64,000 nucleotides of DNA from Macrostomum lignano (lineage: Eukaryota): contig NIVC01001561.1 in NCBI GenBank assembly GCA_002269645.1, forward strand, positions 62,001-126,000, given 5' to 3'. Positions 23,801 through 33,730 of this stretch are shown in pieces. The notes beneath the pieces were generated by a model. It was given only the letters and a program-made list of their open reading frames with translations. It made no database searches and was not told the origin of the DNA. Made by a program: the position numbers and the translations under genes. Every line of letters begins with the position of its first letter. Position 1 is the stretch's first letter.

Positions 23801-24528
23801 GGCAGCTTGGCGGCCGGAAATTTATTTTTCACTCTGACAGCCAAGCTGCCCTTCGGGCCCTCTGCCGCAGCACCGCCAGCTCCAGGTCCGTCCTGGACTG
23901 CAACACCCAGCTCAACGGGCTTGCGCTAGGCAACCAAGTGGAGCTCAGATGGATCCCGGGCCACGCCGGCTTCCTCGGCAACGAGCGCGCTGACCTGCTG
24001 GCCAAGGCTGGCTCCGCCGGCGCGTTGCTGGGACCGGGCCCGGGAGCCCCCATCCCCGCCTCGGTGATCAATTCCCGCGTTAAGCGCTGGGCTGACTCCG
24101 AGCATCTCCGCAGGTGGCACGACACCCGGAATTGTAGGCAATCCCGTGCTGCCGTCCCCTGCCCCTCTCCTCTCCTGCGTAGAGCCCTCCTCAGGCTCAA
24201 CCGCAGAGACCTCAGAGCAGTTAGCATGGCCCTCTCCGGGCATGGCTGCTTCTCTCGCCACCGTTTCCTTCAGGGCCAAGTACCCGAGGAGCGGTGCCCC
24301 TTCTGCCGCTCAGGCAGTGAAAACGCCGAGCATTTTATCTGCCACTGCCCGGTTTTCACCAGGGCCAGGCTTACTCACCTCGGGCCAAACCCGGTTCTCT
24401 CCGACGTTTGCAGGCCCGAGAGCATCCCGCTGCTCGCCCGGTACCTCAGGGACACCGGACGAGCTGATTTCTTCCCCACCGTCGGTGAGGAGGACCGCGC
24501 TGCAGGCGAGACCGACGGGTCCCCCTGA
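20827..24528 (+). CDS. LINE ORF2: AP endonuclease, reverse transcriptase, RNase H and C-terminal Zn knuckle (1233 aa)
   Basis: APE: VQEP, GDVNAHH, SDHRFI. RT: KAPGPDG, FRPISL, LDIEGAFD, PQGGVL, YADD. RNase H: YTDGS, SDSQAAL, WIPGHAG, NERAD. Knuckle: CPFC..ENAEHFICHC. Confidence 0.97.
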   Translation: MPAATWCLQINTQHCVAASVNLMRTTEQQLPGLVFVQEPWMTKGKPNNVPSDYHCFCMADSQPRPRSLVFAAKAFEAWMRPDLSTGDICVVQINNLIPNKPALVASAYFPGDAPVVCDALVNPIDYAASRRFELLIAGDVNAHHLHWGSKNTNNRGEELLAYVSSTNLNFCNVGNAPTFNNGRWAEVIDTTIASPGLLSAVTGWRVWDEDSLSDHRFIRFCIGPTKQKPKVTWSRNVRNTDWAAFGSKLSRGLRDLDPPSDLSDCQVMDDLASSLGGAITTAFEAACPLKAYKGKKSAPWWNPELGALRRRARTLQRRALKTKDPSDIEAYTRAIHEFKGQVRRAKTAKWRQYCEGLEGSRPVARVVKALTNDRFSKLSVVKRPDGSVTESSEDTLELMLNRFFPKSPTQQGPPDHTVGGQGLAKSMITKDRIIRAARSFNPFKAPGPDGIYPAFLHEAVKNHRFLDLLCRLLRACVELGYVPVAWREARVVFIPKPGKSDYQSVKAFRPISLTSFCLKLLERLVLWRLLSVELKRFPLSQNQHAFRAGRSTESALHVIVDFLERAVLGSGFALSLFLDIEGAFDNVIFEAFCRALESRATHPHLVRWIMFMIRNRTVVAHLNGSSLSVPVLKGGPQGGVLTPVLWNMVMDELLCSDLHDPILKVGYADDVTAICAGPSVDTIRDLLQGFLGRAERWANQCGLRLSESKTTAVMFTNKLLWTIKPLTLYGKNISMEKQVRCLGLTLDHRLNWTPHIQTKAKKALAVLAQIRRAVGTTWGLTPRKLWWIYTAIIRPSISYASLVWASGLSVKSNLDALYKIQGRACRMTMGAPPSTPFEGMNAFLCAPPLDIYIKGEAAKSTRRLLDAGVAFKKVRAFKKRSLIPHSDLCLKALEECGGLNILTDSIPATLLLSQRYKVTIQPRHEASDSWSDSEVHCYTDGSMRHGRSGFGACVFFKGEVVWSYSQHTGLNSSVFQSEVLAISSCAAELRRRQLGGRKFIFHSDSQAALRALCRSTASSRSVLDCNTQLNGLALGNQVELRWIPGHAGFLGNERADLLAKAGSAGALLGPGPGAPIPASVINSRVKRWADSEHLRRWHDTRNCRQSRAAVPCPSPLLRRALLRLNRRDLRAVSMALSGHGCFSRHRFLQGQVPEERCPFCRSGSENAEHFICHCPVFTRARLTHLGPNPVLSDVCRPESIPLLARYLRDTGRADFFPTVGEEDRAAGETDGSP

Positions 24529-24807
24529 GCGACACCACTTCAACGGAAGTCGTTGGTCGCCAGGGGCTAGCGGAATGGGCGGTCTCCTCCGCCTCCTCGC
24601 TGCATCCGCCGGACGCCCCCTGCAGCTAAGTCAAAGTAAGTTCCATAATTGGTCACAAATCAGCTTCGAAGCTCTTGATGACGGCTCGTCCAATCAGATT
24701 TGAGCAGAGGATCTACTTTGGAATATAATTTGACCCTTAAATTTCGAACTTTGCCCCCCATGCGACTCTCAGCCTCTCCACAGTCAAATTAAAGGCAACA
24801 GGTAAAA

Positions 24808-26397
24808 ATGTTCCTTCATCTAAGACTTGCCACAACGCTACTGTTGCTATTGGTTACCGCTGGCGCCCTCCAGTTGGAAACGCAGCGGGATGCTGATGAA
24901 GAAGGTGAGGCAACCGCGCGAGTTCAATGGGCGCATCAAAGTTTTAACGGGACAATCGCTTCAAAGGGCAATAGCGATACTTTTAGCGATACGTTACTGT
25001 AGCAACACGATAAATTGCTAGACCTCTGCTGAACCTCCGCCTGCTACCCATCTTTCAACTTTTTCCTCTCCTCTTCTCTCCTCTCCTCTCCTCTTTTCTC
25101 CTCTCCTTTCCTCTCCTCTCCTCTCCTCTCCTCTCCTCTCCTCTGCTCTCCTCTGCTCTCCTCTGCTCTCCTCTCCTCTCCTCTCCTCTCCTCTCCTCTC
25201 CTCTCCTCTCCTCTCCTCTCCTCTCCTCTCCTCTCCTCTCCTCTCCTCTCCTCTCCTCTCCTCTCCTCTCCTCTCCTCTCCTCTCCTCTCCTCTCCTCTC
25301 CTCTCCTCTCCTCTCCTCTCCTCTCCTGTCCTCTCCTTTTAACTCCATCCTGTTCTTCAAAGCAGCTCGACTAATTGGAATTTATAATTTGACCGCAACT
25401 TTTGAAGCCGTGGTTTTATAAATAGATCTCAATTTATGTGGAATTTTTGCAACTCTTTCATCTGATCTCTGACCCCCAACCTCTATCCTTACTTTGAGAA
25501 GAGCAAGTTTGTTTGAGAAGCATTCCTATTCCCTAAATTGCAGGCAGTTTCAACTACAAAGTGCAAACGACCACGGGCCAGGTGAAAAAACGGTACAAAA
25601 CCTACGGTGAGTATTGAGTAATTGGGCAAATTAGGACAGAATGTACTTTTCTATGAAATCCAATCATGACTGTGTGCATGTAGATAGTGAGAATTTACAA
25701 TATTATTGTATGGATTGATTAGTAGCCAGTGCTTTATCAGTGGCGGATTAATTAGTAACCAATTAAGCATGACAGCGTCAATTATAGGAATCTCACTGAG
25801 AGAGGTTATTGTATCCGTTGAAAGACTGCTCAGAAATAAAAGAGCAAATACGACGTAAATATATATATAGTACATCATATAAGCGCCCCCAAATCACCCT
25901 ACGTATAAGCCCCCCAAAGCACCCTTATAAGCGCTCCTAAAGCACCCTTATAAGCGTCCCAAAGCACCCTTACAAGCGCCCCCAAATTACCCTGATAAGC
26001 GCCCCCAAATTACCCTTATAAGTGCCCCCAAATTACCCTTATAAGCGCCCCCAAATTACCCTGATAAGCGCCCCCAAAGCACCCTTACGTATAAGCCCCC
26101 CTAAAGCACCCTTATAAGCGCTCCCAAAGCACCCTTCTAAGCGCCCCTAAAGCACCCTTATAAGCGTCCCAAAGCACCCTTCTAAGCGCCCCTAAAGCAC
26201 CCTTATAAGCGTCCCAAAGCACCCTTACAAGCGCTCATAAATTACCCTGATAAGCGCCCCCAAAGCACCCTATAAGCGCCCGCAAAAAATTACCCGCAGA
26301 CATCCAGTTCGGCAGCCAGATTCCGTGGGCCAGCGAGGACATAATCTACGCTAGGGGATTCAAGCCCCTGCGCGGCAAAAGAAGCAATCTTTGGTGA
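24808..26397 (+). CDS. Neuropeptide prohormone, 85 aa; exons 24808-24904, 25544-25606, 26300-26397
   Basis: Spliced translation MFLHLRLATTLLLLLVTAGALQLETQRDADEEGSFNYKVQTTTGQV-KKR-YKTYDIQFGSQIPWASEDIIYARGFKPLR-G-KR-SNLW*. It has a signal peptide, basic cleavage sites and a G-KR amidation signal. Two phase-1 GTGAG...CAG introns. Confidence 0.8.
25065..25337. repeat. (CTCTC)n pentamer microsatellite in prohormone intron 1
   Basis: Seen directly. Confidence 0.97.
25878..26285. repeat. ~23-bp minisatellite (ATAAGCGCCCCCAAAGCACCCTT) in prohormone intron 2
   Basis: Seen directly. Confidence 0.92.
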
Positions 26398-26824
26398 AGC
26401 AACGAAGCCACTGGCTTAGCCGATATTCAGGATACCCTAGCAACCGAAGACTTAACTAAGAATTTCAACGATTAAAACTAAAACAATTTTTTTTATTTTC
26501 TCATTTCTAGCTGACGCGAAAAGGGCAATACAGAAATAAATCACCCGAGAAGCTGCGGCTTCATCATTCTGGCAGCCAACGTGCTCTGGCTCAGGCTAAC
26601 ACACAGGCAACGAAATTATAGTCCTCGCGCTGAGCACCTGAACTTTGACTGTACTTTTAACTTCGTTCGGAAAATATTATCTCAGTTGAGAAAAGGATCA
26701 GTTTTGCTATTTCTTTTTTGAATTTGAAAAAAATTGTCTACTTACCTATTTATAAGTAGTGTGCTGCGAAAAATGAACTCTAACTAACTTAACTTTAAAA
26801 TTTAAATTACAATGACAGATAAGA

Positions 26825-27665
26825 TTGTAGGAGTGACACACGTGAAGTTGTAGGAGTGACACTGAAATGCTGTACGAGTGACACAGGTGAGGCTGTAGGA
26901 GTGACACACATGAAGCTGTAGGAGTGACACAGATGAAGCTGTAGCAGTGAAACAGATGAAGCTGTAGGAGTGACACAGATGAAGCTGTAGGAGTGACACA
27001 GATGAAGCTGTAGGAGTGACACAGATGAAGCTGTAGGAGTGACACAGATGAAGCTGTAGCAGTGACACAGATGAAGCTGTAAGAGTGACACTGATGAAGC
27101 TGTAGGAGTGACACAGATGAAGCTGTAGGAGTGACACTGATGAAGCTGTAGGAGTGACACAGATGAAGCTGTAGGAGTGACACAGATGAAGCTGTAAGAG
27201 TGACACTGATGAAGCTGTAGGAGTGACACAGATGAAGCTGTAGGAGTGACACAGATGAAGCTGTAGGAGTGACACAGATGAAGCTGTAGGAGTGACACTG
27301 ATGAAGCTGCAAGAGTGACACTGATGAAGCTGTAGGAGTGACACAGATGAAGCTGTAGGAGTGACACAGATGAAGCTGTAGCAGTGAAACAGATGAAGCT
27401 GTAAGAGTGACACTGATGAAGCTGTAGGAGTGACACAGATGAAGCTGTAGGAGTGACACTGATGAAGCTGTAGGAGTGACACAGATGAAGCTGTAGGAGT
27501 GACACAGATGAAGCTGTAAGAGTGACACTGATGAAGCTGTAGGAGTGACACAGATGAAGCTGTAGGAGTGACACAGATGAAGCTGTAGGAGTGACACAGA
27601 TGAAGCTGTAAGAGTGACACTGATGAAGCTGTAGGAGTTACACTGATGAAGCTGTAGCAGTGATA
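26825..27665. repeat. 23-bp minisatellite (GAGTGACACAGATGAAGCTGTAG)
   Basis: Seen directly. Confidence 0.96.
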
Positions 27666-28044
27666 CATGGAAAGCTGAAGTTCAGTGCCCGATACTGCAA
27701 ATGCTGCCTAAGATGCTTAGCGACCAGAGGATGAAGTGTCTTACTTGTAAAATGCGAATAGATGAAGGCTCGGAGAGTCAAACAGACCTGTCGTACAGAG
27801 CGCCTTTCAAAGTCAAGAGGAACTGCTTGACATAACAAGTTCTGGCACGTAGCGAACTGTTGAGGGGAGCCGAACTCCCCGGGCAAAAAGCCTGGGGTCT
27901 GTTGCTGGGGGGGGGCAATCAGCAGCCGTTGAAATGGCAATTCGGTAGATCTGCACTTCTGGTGTGTTTCCGTTTTCTCGTACGAGTACACAGGGTGCGA
28001 CCTGATTTTATATTTGTGTTGAATACAAAAGCTACGCAATAGAA

Positions 28045-28362
28045 AGTCAGTAGTGTCAGTAGTGTCAGTCAGTAGTGTCAGTAGTGTCAGTCAGTAGTAT
28101 CAGTAGTGTCAGTAGTGTCAGTAGTGTCAGTCAGTAGTATCAGTAGTGTCAGTAGTGTCAGTAGTGTCAGTCAGTAGTGTCAGTAGTGTCAGTCAGTAGT
28201 ATCAGTAGTGTCAGTAGTGTCAGTAGTGTCAGTCAGTAGTGTCAGTAGCGTCAGCAGTGCCAGTAGTGTCAGTCAGTAGTGTCAGTAGCGTCAGCAGTGC
28301 CAGTAGTGTCAGTCAGTAGTGTCAGTAGTGTCAGTAGCGTCAGCAGTGCCAGTAGTGTCAGT
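28045..28362. repeat. 9/13-bp minisatellite (GTCAGTAGT)
   Basis: Seen directly. Confidence 0.93.
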
Positions 28363-29024
28363 ATTTTTTGTGCTGCAAGCTATTAGGAATGGCAAAGTTT
28401 AACAAAGCATCACAGAGTATAACAAAATACATAATTTTCAAAATGATGCAGGGCCATTACAATATTACAGGATCTTATATCTTCAAAGGAGATAAAGAAA
28501 GTCGTTGGTTTGGAAAAGTACATGATGACCGGATATAGGGAATCCTACTATAGATTTTATCTGCCGAAAAATACGGACCGATTCATTCTTAGGGGAAGTC
28601 AGCTTAAACTGCACCAGCAGTGCAGGGATCAGGTGCGTGTTCTTCCCTGCAAACGCTATCCAATTATCCCGAACCCCAATCTTGGGCCTATTGGGATTTT
28701 CAATTACTCGGCTTGTTCAGATTTTCGTTGCGGGGCTAACTAGCAAATGGATAATGTATATGCAGGCCTGCCAGATGGTCTTCGCGTGTCTTTCCTGCTT
28801 GAAGACACTGCCGAGATGCAGCTTGAGAGATTCTTGAACCGTCAGATCCGCATAGCATTTCATGCGACTCTGACGGTCGAAGCAGGCGTTGGATAAAAAT
28901 GTGTAAATGAACAGCCGCCATCGTACCAGATGCAATAAGTTCACGTCTCTAAATGTTCGAGCGTATGACTGCGATTCACTAAGCTGCAACCTCGGCGTGG
29001 CTGTAAAGTGACTTGATTGAATAA

Positions 29025-29695
29025 GAGAAGGGAGAGGAGAGGAGAGGAGAGGAGAGGAGAGGAGAGGAGAGGAGAGGAGAGGAGAGGAGAGGAGAGGAGA
29101 GGAGAGGAGAGGAGAGGAGAGGAGAGGAGAGGAGAGGAGAGGAGAGGAGAGGAGAGGAGAGCAGAGCAGAGCAGAGCAGAGGAGAGGAAAAGAGAGGAGA
29201 GGAGAGGAGAGGAGAGGAGAGGAGAGGAGAGGAGAGGAGAGGAGAGCAGAGCAGAGCAGAGGAGAGGAAAAGAGAGGAGAGGAGAGGAGAGGAGAGGAGA
29301 GGAGAGGAGAGGAGGGGAGATTATGGGAGAGGAAATTACAGGGAGAGGAGAGGAGAGGAAAAGAGAGGAGAGCAAGAGCAGAGGAGAGGAGAGGAGAGGA
29401 GATGACGGGAGAGATAAAGGGAGAGCAAGAGCAGAGGAGAGGAGAGGAGAGGAGATGACGGGAGAGATAAAGGGAGAGCAAGAGCAGAGGAGAGGAGAGG
29501 AGAGGAGATGATGGGAGAGATGAAGGGAGAGCAAGAGCAGAGGAGAGGAGAGGAGAGGAGATGATGGGAGAGATGGAGGGAGAGCAAGAGCAGAGGAGAG
29601 GAGAGGAGAGGAAATGACGGGAGAGATGAAGGGAGAGGAGAGCAGAGCAGAAAAAAGGAGAGGAGAGGAGAGGACAGGAGAGGAGAGGAGAGGAG
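29025..29695. repeat. (GGAGA)n microsatellite grading into a longer purine-rich unit
   Basis: Seen directly. Confidence 0.95.
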
Positions 29696-30377
29696 TGCGA
29701 TAAAGAGGACACTGTCCGCAGCGGCCACATCAAGAAGCCACCTGCCAACTGTGCTGTCAATCACAGCTGCAAGATTTTTTCAACTCCCGTGTTCAATTAA
29801 CCCCTGGTGAGCTCCTCAGTTTTTGGTATTTAACAAAAATTTTAGGTCAAATCTCCTCCCCTCCTCGGTGGCGTCAGACACGCACTGAATCAAAGTGCGA
29901 TCCCATTTCCCCTCTAAAATATCAAAACCTTGGCTGCAGCAGGCGCACTTATTCTGCAGTTTATCTGGGCCAATCAATCTACCCGCCCGGATATTCCGCA
30001 GGGTAAACTGCGGTTGCGCCAAAGCTTTCGACACCGGCAGCTGCCTGCCTGCCCAACCACAATTCCCCTCGAACCAGCAGGCCGCATGCGCGGTTTTTTC
30101 TCGGCAGTTTTTTTTGTTTTTTGGGAGGCTAAAACTGTACAAATAATTCCCATATCCTTCCCTGAGAGCCATGCGGTGGCAGGGAAATACGCGAACAGCC
30201 CCAAAGTCTTCTTCATTTGCAAAAAGCAGACGGCCAAACAACCAGAAGCTCGCAGAAAATATTTCCACAATTGCATTCTCTCAATAAAAAAGCATTCATT
30301 GCTGTCGAAGATTTTCGAGTGCAACAGTTAGAGAAATTTTCGACGAAATTACCTGCAATTAACTTAACAGCGTCTCC

Positions 30378-33300
30378 ATGGTAACCAATATTGTTGGAGG
30401 CCAGCAGATGATCTGCTTTCTATTTCTCTTGAGCCTCGGTGGTGGATCAGTGTTTGGGGGGTCTCAGCCGGCATCTCCATCAGATGGCAAACTGCTGAAA
30501 ACATTTGACCGGAATATCACACTGCAACCGACTTCATCCACCCAGCAACCGACTTCATCCACCCAGCAACCGACTTCATCCACCCAGCAACCGACTTCAT
30601 CCACCCAGCAACCAACTTCATCCGCCAGCAACCGACTTCATCCGCCCAGCAACCGCCGAATTCCACCCAGCAACCAACTTCATCCGCCCAGCAACCGACT
30701 TCATCCACCCAGCAACCAACTTCATCCGCCCAGCAACCGACTTCATCCGCCCAGCAACCGCCGAATTCCACCCAGGAACCGCCGAATTCCACCCAGCAAC
30801 CGCCGAATTCCACCCAGCAACCGCCGAATTCCACCCAGCAACCTCCGAATTCCGCCCAGCAACCGACTTCATCCGCCCAACAACCGCCGAATTCCACCCA
30901 GCAACCGACACAGTCCGCCAAGCAACCGACGCAGCAACCGAACGCTGCTGCTGACAAATACCTGTTGGTACTCGATGCCGGAAGCACCGGCACCCGGATC
31001 AACGTGATGCACTTCCGGCCGGATCCCAGCCACTCGGCCGGCCTCCGCCTGGTCCGCCTAGACTACGAGAGCGTCCGGCCGGGCCTGTCCGCTTATCGCC
31101 ATTTCCCCAGCGGGTGGCCGGCAACCTGGCGCCGCTGTTGGCCTTCGCCAGCGAGCGGGTGCCAGCGGAGGCGCCGCCGCCACAGGCGGTCCTGGCGGCC
31201 ACGGCCGGCCTGCGCAGCCTTCAGCGCTCCGACCAGCTGCGGCTGTTGAAGGCGGCGAAGCGGGCGCTGTCAGACGCGGCAGGCAAGGGCGGGAGGCTGG
31301 GTTCGGTGTCGGCCCGAGTGCTGACGGGCACTGAGGAGGCTCTGTACGGCTGGCTGGCTGTGAACTTTCTCATGAATTCGCTGGGTCGCCATGGCAACAC
31401 CTACGGACTGTTGGACATGGGCGGCGGGTCAACGCAGATCGTTTTCCAGCCGGAATGGCCGGCCATGTCCGATGAGTTTGTGGCGAATTTTCGGACGCTG
31501 GGGGAAGAGTGTTCGTGCTGCATCAGCATAGCTACCAGACTCTGGGCATGTCCAAGGTGCGTTTAGAGGGTTAATTATAATATGTAATCAGGTAATTATT
31601 GTGACACAAATGCAGCTAATTATTGTGGCACAAATGCAGCTAATTATTGTGGCACAGGTGAGGCTAATTATTGTGACACAGGTGGGGGCTAATTATTGTG
31701 ACACAGGTGAGGCTAATTATTGTGACACAGGTGGGGGCTAATTATTGTGACACCAGGTGAGGCTAATAATTGTGACACAGTTGAGGCTAATTATTGTGAC
31801 ACAATTTAGTCTAATTATTGTGACACAGTTGAGGCTAATTTTTGTAACACAGGTGAGGCTAATTATTGTGACACAGGTTAGGCTAATTATTGTGACACAG
31901 GTGAGGCTAATTATTGTGACACAGGTTAGGCTAATTATTGTGACACAGGTGGGGCTAATTATTGTGACACAGTTGAGGCTAATTATTGTGAAACCAGGCG
32001 AGGCAGATTTTGGTGACACATTTGAGACATTTGCTCCGCGATGCAGATTTTATTGATAATTTAGCATTTCAAAATAACATTTATTAAAAAATCTAAGCAT
32101 TATAATTCTAGCTACTTACAGTAGCGTGAATGCGTATTGTATTGTTTTCGAAAAAATTTCCCCGACAATTTCAGGTGACGCTCGACCTGCTCGGGCACAG
32201 CGAGGATAGCGGCGATGGACACTTTGTGACGCCCTGCCTGGCGGCGAATTTCTCGGCCAACTTCAGCTTCGGTGCCATCACGGTTGTGGTGCAGGGCGAC
32301 AGTCAGGTTGACGACGCTGAAAGGTACGACCTGTGCTCACAGCAGCACGAGCACCGGCTGCAGGCTGCCAGGGTGCACAGGTGAGACTGATTTATAGATA
32401 AGGGGGGTGCACAGGTGAGACTGATTTATAGATAAGGGAGGTGCACAGTTGAGACTGATTTATAGATAAGGGAGGAGCACAGTTGAGACTGATTTATAGA
32501 TAAGGGGAGCGCAGGTGAGACTGATTTATAGATAAGGGGGGTGCACAGGTGAGACTGATTTATAGATAAGGGAGGTGCACAGTTGAGACTGATTTATAGA
32601 TAAGGGAGGAGCACAGTTGAGACTGATTTATAGATAAGGGGGAGCGCAGGTGAGACTGATTTATAGATAAGGGGGAGCGCAGGTGAGACTGATTTATAGA
32701 TAAGATAAGGGGGGAGCACAGGTGAGACTGATTTATAGATAAGATAAGGGGAGAGCACAGGTGAGACAGTCGATAATAGCTTGAGGTTCCTTCGGCCACT
32801 CCCAGGCTGCCCGTGCCGATCTCGGAGCGGTTCGTGGCCGTCTCCTCGTTTTACTACTCGGCCAACACGTACTACTCTCGGTGGCCGAGTGCCGCCCAGC
32901 CAGTGCCTGCCAACCTGAGCGTAGCGTACCTGATCTCGGCTGCCCGGACGGCCTGCGCCAGCCCAGTCAGCACTGGACGGTACGCGCCCTATGCCTGTAT
33001 CGGCCTGGTGCACATCTCCAACCTGCTGTCCAAAGGCTACGGTTTCCCGCCGGAGCAGCGACTGTTCGTCACGGACAAAATCGATGGCCACTCGGCCAAC
33101 TGGCCGCTGGGCCTGGCCGTTCATTGGCTGACCGGCGACGGCAGAGGTCGAGGCGGCGGCGGCGACGGCGGCAGCGGCAGAAGCGGTAGCAGCGACGTTG
33201 GTGTCCTGAAGGACAATGCCGCTTTTGGAGAGGAAGACGACATCGGCGCTTCGAGTTTTGAAGTGGCCGGAGACGAAAGTCGAGATGAAGGCAGTCGCCG

Positions 33301-33442
33301 AAGTCAGCAGGTTCCAGCGGCGACCGCGGGGCAGCCTCTGCCTTCTAGCGGAGTTCTCCGACTCCGAGGTTCGAATGTCCTGACGCTGCTGATGTCGCTG
33401 GTTTCAGTGCCGCTGGCTTTTTGCCTTCGCTGTTTTGTCTGA
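30378..33442 (+). CDS. Ecto-NTPDase/apyrase (GDA1/CD39 family), ~674 aa after repairing three 1-bp deletions; exons 30378-31556, 32175-32380, 32806-33442
   Basis: ACR1 DAGSTGTR, ACR2 ATAGLR, ACR3 GTEEALYGWLAVN, ACR4 DMGGGSTQ, HSY motif, ACR5-like NWPLG; hydrophobic N- and C-termini. Frameshifts at ~30625, ~31105-31108 and ~31500-31504 (assembly error or pseudogene). Confidence 0.88.
30526..30945 (+). repeat. 21-bp coding tandem repeat (QQPTSS[T/A] / QQPPNST) within NTPDase exon 1
   Basis: In frame with the N-terminal hydrophobic segment up to 30625, and with ACR1 after a single missing C. Confidence 0.8.
31590..31995. repeat. 24-bp minisatellite (GCTAATTATTGTGACACAGGTGAG) in NTPDase intron 1
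   Basis: Seen directly. Confidence 0.93.
32370..32767. repeat. ~33-bp minisatellite containing the 5' splice site (GCACAG|GTGAGACTGATTTATAGATAAGGG)
   Basis: The first unit overlaps the exon 2/intron 2 junction at 32380/32381. Confidence 0.92.
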
Positions 33443-33730
33443 TTAATTGGTGAAGTGGAAACTCGATTTATTAATATGCTGGGAATGTCGGAATGTACTA
33501 CTATACTACTATATAACTACTTGTAGATGTGTCAATCACTACTAATAAGCAAGAACCAAAGCAAAGTAGAGATTTTTTCTTAATTTTCGATGCGCCATGT
33601 CAAAACAGCTTTTTACCATAGACAAACCAGAGTAGTTTTGTTTGAATCCGGTTAGTTCGCCAGACTTCAATAGTGTTGCTCCAAGTTCGCAGTCAGTCAA
33701 TACACACCATGGCTTCAGAAAACTAGAACA

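Larger units (their letters stand above)
18830..24640 (+). mobile_element. Full-length non-LTR retrotransposon, Loa/R1-group-like, with 12-bp TSD TTCCATAATTGG (18818-18829 and 24641-24652)
   Basis: Identical 12-mers flank a GC-rich 5.8-kb block with two intact ORFs; the 3' end is TAAGTCAAAGTAAG, not poly-A. Confidence 0.93.

Noticed and set aside
24560-24640. Second HDV-like motif in the LINE 3' UTR (GCC-TCCTCGC...GG...CTAA)
   Set aside because: L3, P1.1 and J4/2 look right, but P3 is mismatched and no P2 partner or P4 stem can be formed.
31095-31110. ATTTCCCCAG as a splice acceptor explaining the NTPDase frameshift
   Set aside because: Any upstream donor would remove the conserved PGLSAY motif; a 1-bp homopolymer deletion is simpler.
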